Source of the DNA: a virus
Taxonomy: Duplodnaviria > Caudoviricetes
Virus record (IMG/VR): IMGVR_UViG_3300014962_000008
Coordinates: 1-58,712 of that record
DNA length: 58,712 nt
Strand: one strand, 5' to 3'
In this document: in pieces, positions 19,387-26,724 of the stretch
Layout: each line of letters begins with the position of its first letter
Position numbering within the stretch: the first letter of the stretch is position 1
The notes under the pieces: model-generated
The model's database searches: none
What the model was told of the DNA's origin: nothing
The model's input: only the letters and a program-made list of their open reading frames with translations
Translations under genes and position numbers: made by a program

Positions 19387-19650
19387 TCAATCGAAGACGA
19401 ACAGATCACCCTCAACGCGAAACGGCAAGTCACCTCGATCGTGCATGCGCCGCATCGCCCTGACCAGACGCTGCCTGCGCGTGTCGCGCTTCTCACCGAC
19501 ATGCGGCAGCGCCTCAATGCAATGACGCAGGAAGTCCTCGTGACCCATCGACGAGTGCACGAGGGACAGCGCCTCCCCTTGTGCCCGAACCAGCTCCTCG
19601 ACCGAACCCTTCTGTCCCCACCCCTGCTGGTTCGAAGCAAACAATCTCAT
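19387..19650 (-). CDS. Stand-alone paralogue of the primase-helicase C-terminal domain (putative DNA-binding protein)
   Basis: ATG 19650 with GGGAG RBS; EALP..KRDTRRQ..VRA..P..VEG..F is shared with the C-terminus of 28638-30683. Confidence 0.75.
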   Translation of the reverse strand: MRLFASNQQGWGQKGSVEELVRAQGEALSLVHSSMGHEDFLRHCIEALPHVGEKRDTRRQRLVRAMRRMHDRGDLPFRVEGDLFVFD

Positions 19651-19717
19651 TTTCATCTCCCTTTCACTACAACACTGAAACGCAAACATACAACATATCC
19701 GGTCACAGCGTCAAGGA

Positions 19718-19912
19718 ACTGCACCGCGAAGCATCACGGTGCAAAAGTTTCAGAGCCTGCATCATCACCGCCAGCAGCTCCTGCACCACTTGCAGCATCA
19801 GGGTTACCCCTAAAGGGGTACCCCCTCTGTGCTGCAGCAGTTGGTGCATTTCGGGGAGCTGCACCATCTGCACCGTGATGCACCATGCTGTAAATGGTGC
19901 AAATGGTGCAGG
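19718..19912. repeat. Iteron-like TGCA[C/G/T]C array around a palindrome; putative replication origin or packaging site
   Basis: About 12 TGCACC/TGCAGC/TGCATC copies in both orientations; central tacccct-aa-aggggta and ggggtacccc palindromes at 19805-19824. Confidence 0.6.
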
Positions 19913-19968
19913 CCCAAAGCCAACGAAAATTCGCTGAGAAAACTTTTTTCACACCACATGCACTTTTT

Positions 19969-20044
19969 TGCAAATAGGGGGTTGCAACGCTGCACCACAT
20001 ATGAGAGAAGAGGTCATCAGAAACGCACTTACGGAGCAAATCAG
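19969..20044 (+). promoter_or_regulatory. Early promoter and conserved leader 1
   Basis: tgcaaatagggggTTGCAAcg (21 nt identical to 30689-30709); ATCAGAAACGCA at 20016; GGAG RBS. Confidence 0.7.
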
Positions 20045-20347
20045 ATGACCGAACTCGACACCCTCCTCGCCGAAATGAAAGCTGCCACCAAGACCGTGAC
20101 ACTCGACGATCTCGGATCTGCCCAGCGCAAGGCTGCTGAGCGTGTCATCGCTAAGGTCGTTGGCGAGCGCAAGGAGATCAAGAAGCTCACGATCCACCGC
20201 TTCGCAGACAACCGCTACGTAACGCTGTACGTTGAAGCTGGTCTGCCCAACGACGAAGGCACGCTTGCTGCGATCTTCGCTCGTGACGAAGCTCACGTTC
20301 GGGTCGGCATCAACGGCGGTGTCACCGACATCACCCGCAACCGCTAA
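20045..20347 (+). CDS. Early hypothetical protein
   Basis: ATG 20045 after GGAG; MTELDTLLAEMK... Confidence 0.75.
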   Translation: MTELDTLLAEMKAATKTVTLDDLGSAQRKAAERVIAKVVGERKEIKKLTIHRFADNRYVTLYVEAGLPNDEGTLAAIFARDEAHVRVGINGGVTDITRNR

Positions 20348-20358
20348 CCCAACCTCTC

Positions 20359-20402
20359 GGGGGCTTCGGCCCCCACCCATCAGCAACGCAGGAGTACCCG
20401 AC
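20359..20402 (+). promoter_or_regulatory. UUCG hairpin followed by conserved leader 2
   Basis: gggggc-ttcg-gccccc with no U-tract, then ATCAGCAACGCAGGAGTAC (20379-20397). Confidence 0.7.
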
Positions 20403-20672
20403 ATGGCCCATCTCATCACCCCGCGCCTCAACATCAACGGCACCAGCGCCGTTGACCTGATCGACCCGCGCCGCAAGGCGATCGACCTGATCGGCGAGCT
20501 GGTCGAGACGCTCAAGCAGGTCACGCCCAACGGACGCGACTACCCGGCGGAGCACGCCACCCGTCTGAGTGGCGACCGTGCCACCCACTTCGACCGCCTG
20601 TCGGCCCTGCGCGACCTGCAGGCCGCCCTGCTTCAAGAAGCCGTACAGATCATGCAACAAGAGGAGGCTTGA
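20403..20672 (+). CDS. Early hypothetical protein
   Basis: ATG 20403 after AGGAG; MAHLITPRLNINGTS...PNGRDY. Confidence 0.8.
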   Translation: MAHLITPRLNINGTSAVDLIDPRRKAIDLIGELVETLKQVTPNGRDYPAEHATRLSGDRATHFDRLSALRDLQAALLQEAVQIMQQEEA

Positions 20673-20675
20673 CCC

Positions 20676-20894
20676 ATGCCACTAGAACTGACCAGCTTCA
20701 CCGGCGCACTCCGTGAGCGCCACCCCAACATCGAGAGCGTGATCGACCGGCTGGCCGACACCTTCACCGGGTCGCTGATCTCCAGCAGCCCCTACACCAC
20801 CGAGGCAGGCAGCATCGCCTACCGCATCTGGGTAGACAACGACCAGCTCTACGGCTGGGCCATCCCGCTCAGCGACATCTACGAGGGAGACTGA
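20676..20894 (+). CDS. Hypothetical protein
   Basis: RBS GGAGG, tight packing. Confidence 0.7.
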   Translation: MPLELTSFTGALRERHPNIESVIDRLADTFTGSLISSSPYTTEAGSIAYRIWVDNDQLYGWAIPLSDIYEGD

Positions 20895-20898
20895 CATC

Positions 20899-21099
20899 AT
20901 GACCGCAGACAACCAGCAACGCCGCCTCGACCTGAACAGCCTGCTGCTGACCTTCGAGAGCGACATCATCCGCCGATACGACCTACAGCGCGCCGACCCA
21001 CCGGAGGATTTCCTCGACATCGACGTTGACGCATCAGTCGCCAAGGTGAGCACGCGCATTGAGCGCATCCGCGAGAAGATCCTTGCCTACGCAAACTAG
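20899..21099 (+). CDS. Hypothetical protein
   Basis: RBS GGGAG, tight packing. Confidence 0.7.
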   Translation: MTADNQQRRLDLNSLLLTFESDIIRRYDLQRADPPEDFLDIDVDASVAKVSTRIERIREKILAYAN

Positions 21100-21100
21100 C

Positions 21101-21164
21101 GCTTGCAATGTAGCATTGCACGTGCCAGACAGGACAACCAATCAGCAACAAAGGAGACGCTGAC
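21101..21164 (+). promoter_or_regulatory. Promoter and conserved leader 3
   Basis: TTGCAA 21103, TTGCAC 21116, ATCAGCAACAAAGGAG 21141-21156. Confidence 0.65.
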
Positions 21165-21437
21165 ATGTTTAAGTACCTCATCGCCGCAGCCGCGCTGCTC
21201 ACGCCCACCGCCGCCAGCGCAGCCGAGATCATGATTACCTCCGGGCGCCAGAGCGTCCTGACCGAGGCCGCCAAGACCATCTGCCGCACGGTGATGGAGA
21301 CCAAGGGGCGGGCGGGCGAGACCTTCGACCGCGAGGTGTCCTACCTCCGCCTCACCCCCGACGAGCAGGTCTACCTGCTCTCGCTGTGCGTCCTCTACGC
21401 GCAGGGCCGTGTTGATCAGGCAAGGGCGCAGCGGTGA
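21165..21437 (+). CDS. Secreted/periplasmic hypothetical protein
   Basis: Signal-peptide-like N-terminus MFKYLIAAAALLTPTAASA. Confidence 0.7.
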   Translation: MFKYLIAAAALLTPTAASAAEIMITSGRQSVLTEAAKTICRTVMETKGRAGETFDREVSYLRLTPDEQVYLLSLCVLYAQGRVDQARAQR

Positions 21438-21661
21438 TGACTGATCTCGACAAGGCGAACCGCGAACTGGACGCAATCATGCTGCCCGTGAACAACGAAC
21501 TGGGCGACCGGATCGTCAGGACGTGGCTCAAGCTGCACATCGCATGGGCGCAGGAGGCATATGACACTGCGACCCACGAAGAGGACAGGGTCAATGCGCT
21601 GGCTGACCTCCATGCCATGAGCCAAGTGCTGAACTACGCAGGGGGTGAGTTCGATGACTGA
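21434..21661 (+). CDS. Hypothetical protein
   Basis: Start overlaps upstream stop. Confidence 0.7.
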   Translation: MMTDLDKANRELDAIMLPVNNELGDRIVRTWLKLHIAWAQEAYDTATHEEDRVNALADLHAMSQVLNYAGGEFDD

Positions 21662-21708
21662 TCCTTGCAAATTGGGAGCGGCGCTCCGGATATTTGGGAG
21701 TGAAGGAG

Positions 21709-21906
21709 ATGACTGACAACATTTCCACGTTCTCGACCGGCTGGTGCTTCACCTGCGGCACGAACGCATGTGAGCATGTGAAGCATCTGAACCTCTGCAA
21801 CCGGAACGCGTTTGATATGTTGCTGCGCGATCTAATGGAACAGAAGCCAAAGACCAAACTGCCGGGACTAACTGGCGAACCGTGGAGGAGGTACCCCCAT
21901 GACTGA
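21709..21906 (+). CDS. Small Cys/His-containing hypothetical protein
   Basis: ATG 21709; CFTC..CEH possible zinc site. Confidence 0.55.
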   Translation: MTDNISTFSTGWCFTCGTNACEHVKHLNLCNRNAFDMLLRDLMEQKPKTKLPGLTGEPWRRYPHD

Positions 21907-22126
21907 CATCCGCATTGAATGGCTGACCGCCAGCACAGATTGCGACCAAGCCGGTTGCAGCGGCGGCTACTCCGAAGGCGCACGGGTCTGGTTCGACGGT
22001 GAACTGGCCCTCGACCTTCCGCCAGAACCATCCTGCTACGGTTCGGCCTTCTACGATCAAGAGCAAGTGTTCGGCCTGATCCTAGCCAAGCTGGGGCATA
22101 ACCTTGTGGAGACTAGCTATGACTGA
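21899..22126 (+). CDS. Hypothetical protein
   Basis: RBS GGAGG; overlaps neighbours. Confidence 0.7.
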   Translation: MTDIRIEWLTASTDCDQAGCSGGYSEGARVWFDGELALDLPPEPSCYGSAFYDQEQVFGLILAKLGHNLVETSYD

Positions 22127-22475
22127 CAGTATTGAGCAGAAAGCACTGGCACTGATTGACAAGACGCGCCGCAATAGTGACTTGCCAAAGGCCAGAGACG
22201 AAAACGCGCGTGGCAGTGTGGCGTTTCCAGCCTTGCTCTGCGCCATCGAACAGCACGAAGCCTTCAAGTTGGAAGTGAGCGATGCGGTGGCGGCTGCGTT
22301 AGATTGCGGCGATGTTGAGCGCCTGCGCCGTGAAGGCATCCTTTCCCGCTTCATCATCGCCAAGCCCGACCCGCTGGTTGATTACCTAACTAACGACGAG
22401 GGGTATTTCCCAAGGGTGGCAAAGGAAGTCGCTGACAGGCTGCGTTCCAAGTTTGAGATAAAGGAGAAGCGGTGA
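22119..22475 (+). CDS. Hypothetical protein
   Basis: ATG 22119 after GGAG. Confidence 0.7.
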   Translation: MTDSIEQKALALIDKTRRNSDLPKARDENARGSVAFPALLCAIEQHEAFKLEVSDAVAAALDCGDVERLRREGILSRFIIAKPDPLVDYLTNDEGYFPRVAKEVADRLRSKFEIKEKR

Positions 22476-22675
22476 TGCCTGAAGATGAACTCGTGGAGTG
22501 GCTGCGTAGTGATGGCGTCTACGAAGGCCGCGCGTTTTTGCAGCAAGCCGCCGACTGCATCGAAGCCCTTGAGGCCGAGAACGAGCGGCTGCGTGAGGCG
22601 CTAAGAAACATTGATGCGTGGGGCGACGAATGGGCTGCGTCAAAAGCCCGCGCCGCACTCGCAGGAGAACAGTAA
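22472..22675 (+). CDS. Small coiled-coil protein (IEALEAENERLR family)
   Basis: AADCIEALEAENERLREAL...ARAALAG. Confidence 0.7.
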   Translation: MMPEDELVEWLRSDGVYEGRAFLQQAADCIEALEAENERLREALRNIDAWGDEWAASKARAALAGEQ

Positions 22676-22989
22676 TGTCCAAAGAACGTAGCAAAATTAT
22701 GGACAACCTGATCGCACAGGACGCGGACTTGATAGCCAAGCTGCGCGATGAGGACAGCTATTACCGCCTTCAAGAGAAGCACTGGTGCATCGACGCTGAA
22801 GAACTGGAGCGCCAGCGTCTAGCTGCTGCTGATCGTATTGAGGCCCTTGAGGCCGGATTGCGTGAAGTGTTCGAGCAATGGGCTGGCAGTGAAGGCTTCA
22901 TCCCTGAAACAGCACCGGAGGGGTATCTGCTCCAACTAACCAAGCGCATGGCTGACATCGCCCGCGCAGCCTTGGGAGAAAAGCAATGA
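22675..22989 (+). CDS. Small coiled-coil protein (same family)
   Basis: ATG 22675; AADRIEALEA...ARAALGE. Confidence 0.7.
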   Translation: MSKERSKIMDNLIAQDADLIAKLRDEDSYYRLQEKHWCIDAEELERQRLAAADRIEALEAGLREVFEQWAGSEGFIPETAPEGYLLQLTKRMADIARAALGEKQ

Positions 22990-23222
22990 CAGAGATTGAA
23001 CGCAAAGCGCGGGTGGAGTTTCTGCGAACAGAGGCGGAATTTACGCATGAGTTTCATATTGCCGCCGACCAGATCGAAGCAGACGGCAAGCGCATTGAAG
23101 CCCTTGAGGCCGAGAACGAGCGGCTGCGTGACCAACTAGAATATGCGGTAAAAGAGCTTTCCAGTTACCGCGCAAAGTACATGGTCGGCACCAGCGCACC
23201 CTTAGGAGACAGCCATGACTAA
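22986..23222 (+). CDS. Small coiled-coil protein (same family)
   Basis: KRIEALEAENERLRDQL. Confidence 0.7.
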   Translation: MTEIERKARVEFLRTEAEFTHEFHIAADQIEADGKRIEALEAENERLRDQLEYAVKELSSYRAKYMVGTSAPLGDSHD

Positions 23223-23385
23223 GCAGCTAACCCCGCTACGCCGCAAGGACCAAGCCACGGGCTATCAAGCTGCGGTCAGGGATATCGTAGCGTGGTTGCG
23301 GCGCGACGAAGACCCGTACCCTGACAGCTACGATATAGCCGACGAGATCGAAGCCAAGTTTGGAAAAGCCAATGTGGCTGACTGA
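23215..23385 (+). CDS. Hypothetical protein (56 aa)
   Basis: Read manually; RBS AGGAG; MTKQLTPLRRKD... Confidence 0.6.
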   Translation: MTKQLTPLRRKDQATGYQAAVRDIVAWLRRDEDPYPDSYDIADEIEAKFGKANVAD

Positions 23386-23458
23386 CCTACGCAACTGGCT
23401 CTGGGATAACTTCGGCTTCGAGCTAATCGACTGGGCCGAGGACGACATCAGGTTTTGA
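23372..23458 (+). CDS. Small Trp-rich hypothetical protein (28 aa)
   Basis: Read manually: MWLTDLRNWLWDNFGFELIDWAEDDIRF; fills the gap to the convergent gene. Confidence 0.45.
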   Translation: MWLTDLRNWLWDNFGFELIDWAEDDIRF

Positions 23459-23466
23459 AGGAAGTG

Positions 23467-24603
23467 CTAGTGCTCAATCATCTCCGGGCAGACCATGACA
23501 CGCCCCACCTGACCGAAGCGCTTGTGGTACGTGATGGCCTGCGCAGCCCGATCAGCGATCCAGCCGCCACGCGCGGCGTACGCGTCACGCGCTGCCAGCG
23601 TCGGGTGCTGCACAACGGTGACGCCGTTGTATTCCTTCTCGTCCCGGTGATGCCGGTGGCCGCAGTGGATCTCGCGGCGGCGAGTGGCGCCCCACGTCTC
23701 CGGGAACTGGGCGGCGAAGAGCAGCGGGAGCTGCTCGTTCTTGACCTTGTGCCCGTGGTGGACGCCAAGCATCGTCTCGCCCCACTGGAAGACGTAGAAG
23801 GGCAGGTCGCTGTCATTGACGCGCAGGCGCGGCTCATCCTCGTAATGCACGGCGAACAGGTCGGACAGCCAGCCAGCACCCTCCTCGTCGTGATTGCCCT
23901 CGGCTATGATCAGATGCACATCGTTATGCCGCTCAAGGGACATGCGCACCAACTCGCGGATCAGGCGGATGGCGCTGCGGCGGATCTTGGGGTAGCGGCT
24001 GTCGGCGTCGAGGATGTTCTTGCTGGCGGGCGTGAGGGGGAGCTTGCCGTCCGTGTGCAGGAAGTCACCTTGGATATTGATCACGGCGGCGTGCGCTGCG
24101 GGGGATTGCTCCACCATGGCGCGCATTGCGCCCAGCAGGACACGCTCGGCGATGGCCAGATCCCAGTCCGCGCCGCCCTCGTTGTGCCACGCGTACATGC
24201 CGAGGTGGTAGTCGGTAAAGGTGTAGAGGTTACACAGGTCGGCGTTGACCAGACCCGGCGCGGTGATCGCCTCGGCCTTGGGCAAGTCTTCCTTCAGGGC
24301 CTCGACCACCTCCAGCATGGCCGCGCGCATGGCCTCGCGATCGGGAGACTGCCTCTCCCACGTCCGCTCGACGTTGCCCGTGGGCCCGCGCTGGATGGTG
24401 ACCTTGCCCATGGCGTAGCCGGGCGCCACGCCACTCTCGAAGTGGCCCGGAGCGAAGCCGCGCGCCGCCGCAGCCCGCACCCTCGCTTGGAAGGTGCTGC
24501 GCGGCATGCCGAGGGCCGCAGCGGCCTCAGTTTCCGTTCCGTATTGTTGGAGCGCTTCTACAGTCTCGCGAAGGACATCTTCGGACAGTGGCTGTGCAGG
24601 CAT
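23467..24603 (-). CDS. Calcineurin-like metallophosphoesterase with N-terminal HTH
   Basis: All five motifs: TDYH, GDFLH, GNHD, HHGH, GHRH; N-terminal TEAAAALGMPRSTF HTH. Confidence 0.85.
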   Translation of the reverse strand: MPAQPLSEDVLRETVEALQQYGTETEAAAALGMPRSTFQARVRAAAARGFAPGHFESGVAPGYAMGKVTIQRGPTGNVERTWERQSPDREAMRAAMLEVVEALKEDLPKAEAITAPGLVNADLCNLYTFTDYHLGMYAWHNEGGADWDLAIAERVLLGAMRAMVEQSPAAHAAVINIQGDFLHTDGKLPLTPASKNILDADSRYPKIRRSAIRLIRELVRMSLERHNDVHLIIAEGNHDEEGAGWLSDLFAVHYEDEPRLRVNDSDLPFYVFQWGETMLGVHHGHKVKNEQLPLLFAAQFPETWGATRRREIHCGHRHHRDEKEYNGVTVVQHPTLAARDAYAARGGWIADRAAQAITYHKRFGQVGRVMVCPEMIEH

Positions 24604-24678
24604 CAAGACCTCGAACGTAGTTCGGGGCGGACATATACAGCGAATGTTTCACTTTTGCACTAAAAAAGGAATTGACAG

Positions 24679-25254
24679 TTGTTTATAAGCGACACCATCG
24701 CCAAGTGCGCGGACTTATTTTACGTCAACCAGAACCTCATAACCTCGAAAAGCAGGTTGCGCACTGCCGTCCGCGCCCGTCAGGCTTTGGCCATGGCCCT
24801 CTCAATTCGCGGGCACTCGACTGCCGCGATCGGGCGCTGGCTGGGGCGAGACCACACCACGATTATGCACAGCCTCGACGTGGCCAAGGAACTCATGTCT
24901 CGCGACAGTATGTTTGGCGAGAAGGTTTTCCTCTTGGCGCAGAGCGTGCACGAGGTGGATAACCCCCACCCCCAGCGCCACAAGCAGAAGGCCAAGCTGG
25001 ACAAGGAAGCCAAGACAATCGTTCTAGACGACACCCCGGAGGAGAAGGTCGAGGCGGAAAAGGAGCTGCGCTACTCTGGGCCGGAGGCTTGGGGCTGCGA
25101 CAAAGGCGTGCCCACGCACAACAACCTCAACCGCAGCCTGCGCTACGTATCGGAAAAGCTCCTCGAGAGCATCAACCGCGAACTCAAGAAAGCCGCGATG
25201 GCACGCGCAGCCAAGCCGCACTATCGCCTTGTGGGAGGACTGACCAGTGACTGA
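24679..25254 (+). CDS. DnaA C-terminal (domain IV)-like HTH protein
   Basis: VRARQALA...STAAIGRWLGRDHTTIMHSL matches the DnaA domain IV signature. Confidence 0.75.
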   Translation: MFISDTIAKCADLFYVNQNLITSKSRLRTAVRARQALAMALSIRGHSTAAIGRWLGRDHTTIMHSLDVAKELMSRDSMFGEKVFLLAQSVHEVDNPHPQRHKQKAKLDKEAKTIVLDDTPEEKVEAEKELRYSGPEAWGCDKGVPTHNNLNRSLRYVSEKLLESINRELKKAAMARAAKPHYRLVGGLTSD

Positions 25255-25501
25255 AGACGAACTGCACAACGAGGCTCACCTCAACGCCGAGCATGAAGTG
25301 CGCGAGGTGCTGAACGCCACCTTTTACGATGAAAACCTGCGCTGCTGCCGGGCAGATGTCTTGCTCAATGTTCTGGAGGATGAGTTCATGCAGATGGACG
25401 ACAGCGACGACGTGTCCTTCGTCCTGTTCCGCATGGTCGCCTTGGCCCTGCAGCGCAATCAACAAGACGCCCAAATCTTCGACACGGTGGGGTCAGCATG
25501 A
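25247..25501 (+). CDS. Acidic hypothetical protein
   Basis: GTG start after GGAGG; overlaps neighbours. Confidence 0.65.
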   Translation: MTEDELHNEAHLNAEHEVREVLNATFYDENLRCCRADVLLNVLEDEFMQMDDSDDVSFVLFRMVALALQRNQQDAQIFDTVGSA

Positions 25502-25596
25502 AAATCCTGAGCAACGCAGCCATGCTGCTGGGAGGCAGCCTGCTTGTCGCCCAGTGGCTCGTCCTCTTCTGGGCCCTGTGGGTGATGACGCCATGA
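25498..25596 (+). CDS. Small membrane peptide (32 aa)
   Basis: Read manually: MKILSNAAMLLGGSLLVAQWLVLFWALWVMTP; ATGA overlaps at both ends. Confidence 0.5.
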   Translation: MKILSNAAMLLGGSLLVAQWLVLFWALWVMTP

Positions 25597-25691
25597 TAGC
25601 AGCCATCATCTCCCTGACTGCGGTCGTTGTGGCCATCGTCGCGGGCGATTGGCTGGGGCGCGCAATCAGTGAATGGAAAAAGTTCAAATAG
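25593..25691 (+). CDS. Small membrane peptide (32 aa)
   Basis: MIAAIISLTAVVVAIVAGDWLGRAISEWKKFK; ATGA-coupled. Confidence 0.5.
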   Translation: MIAAIISLTAVVVAIVAGDWLGRAISEWKKFK

Positions 25692-25750
25692 GGTATTGCA
25701 ACGCTCCGTTGCATGGCTTATGGGTCAGTCATCAGCAACGGAGATACCCC
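25685..25750 (+). promoter_or_regulatory. Promoter and conserved leader 4
   Basis: caaatagggtaTTGCAAcg (TTGCAA 25696), TTGCAT 25709, TATGGG at 17-nt spacing, ATCAGCAACGGAG 25731-25743. Confidence 0.7.
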
Positions 25751-26038
25751 ATGAACAACCCTGAATATACCGCCCACGCCATCAACGAAGCCCTTTCCGG
25801 GCATGGCATCGGCGTAGTCTGGGACGGCAGCGAGGCGGAAGCCGATGGCGTTGAGCTGTTCTACGTCTGCGCAGACGGCGACGACACCGACCTGATCGTC
25901 TTGGATCACGGCTACTGCCTCGAGATCGTAGAGAATGTGGGCGACCGCTCCTACGTGTCGGTCGACGAGGCAATGAGCTTCGATAGTTTGGCCGCCAAGC
26001 TGGTGAACATCATTGACCGACTGGGAGAAGAGGTATGA
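25751..26038 (+). CDS. Acidic hypothetical protein
   Basis: ATG 25751 after GGAG. Confidence 0.75.
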   Translation: MNNPEYTAHAINEALSGHGIGVVWDGSEAEADGVELFYVCADGDDTDLIVLDHGYCLEIVENVGDRSYVSVDEAMSFDSLAAKLVNIIDRLGEEV

Positions 26039-26295
26039 GGCTTTCGGACATCATCAACCCGTGGAGTGCACTGCGCCGTGCGCGCCAGCGCTATGACGAC
26101 CTGTGCGCTAACACGGCTATCGCCATGCGCAACGCTGAGCGCAAGGTTGAAGAGAGCGAGAAGTCTGCGCGAGAGGCACGCCTGCGCGCCGCCATCGCCA
26201 AGACGGACATCACACGACTGGAGGCTGCGCTGAAGGAGGCGCACTTCCGTAATCCAAAGACGGGCCGCTTGGGCCGCAAGGGGGAGCGCTTCTAA
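26035..26295 (+). CDS. Coiled-coil hypothetical protein
   Basis: ATGA-coupled; C-terminal RNPKTGR motif. Confidence 0.7.
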   Translation: MRLSDIINPWSALRRARQRYDDLCANTAIAMRNAERKVEESEKSAREARLRAAIAKTDITRLEAALKEAHFRNPKTGRLGRKGERF

Positions 26296-26489
26296 TGAGC
26301 ACCGAGAAAGAAATATCAGCCCGCGCGCGTAAACTGTTTGCGCGCCGTGAGCGCCTTGAGGCACAGCTCCGCGCGATTGACGCCGAGCTTGTCAAGGCGC
26401 GCAGTGAGTACCGCGAGGTGACGCGTGTCTTCATCAACGACATGCCGCGTTTCCGCAACGCAGTACACCAGATTAAGGTAGCAGCATGA
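26295..26489 (+). CDS. Hypothetical protein
   Basis: TAATG-coupled. Confidence 0.7.
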   Translation: MSTEKEISARARKLFARRERLEAQLRAIDAELVKARSEYREVTRVFINDMPRFRNAVHQIKVAA

Positions 26490-26722
26490 CCACTAAAAAC
26501 GAACGTATCGCCGCCCTTGACCTCGCCATTGAGCGAGGGGGCGGCATCGTCAAGTTCACCAAGGCCATGGGCGTGACGCACCAAGCGATCTACGCGTGGC
26601 GCAAGCGCGGCTGGGTGCCGCCCGAGCGTGCCGTCGTGATCGAGAGCATCTTCGGCATCGACCGCGGCCTGCTCATGAACCCAAATCTCGTGCGCGCCGT
26701 CAGCGGACAAGTGGGAGACTAA
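26486..26722 (+). CDS. Cro/YdaS-like HTH regulator
   Basis: GGIVKFTKAMGVTHQAIYAWRKRGWVPPERAVVIE. Confidence 0.8.
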   Translation: MTTKNERIAALDLAIERGGGIVKFTKAMGVTHQAIYAWRKRGWVPPERAVVIESIFGIDRGLLMNPNLVRAVSGQVGD

Positions 26723-26724
26723 AG

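Noticed and set aside
19381-20102. ORFs crossing the repeat array (19381-19878, 19581-19937, 19734-20102, 19810-19998)
   Set aside because: They are low-complexity translations of the TGCACC repeats, without RBS.
26596-26724. N-terminal extension of the methyltransferase in the ORF track
   Set aside because: It overlaps the Cro-like gene; TTG 26725 has an RBS and puts motif I at the N-terminus.
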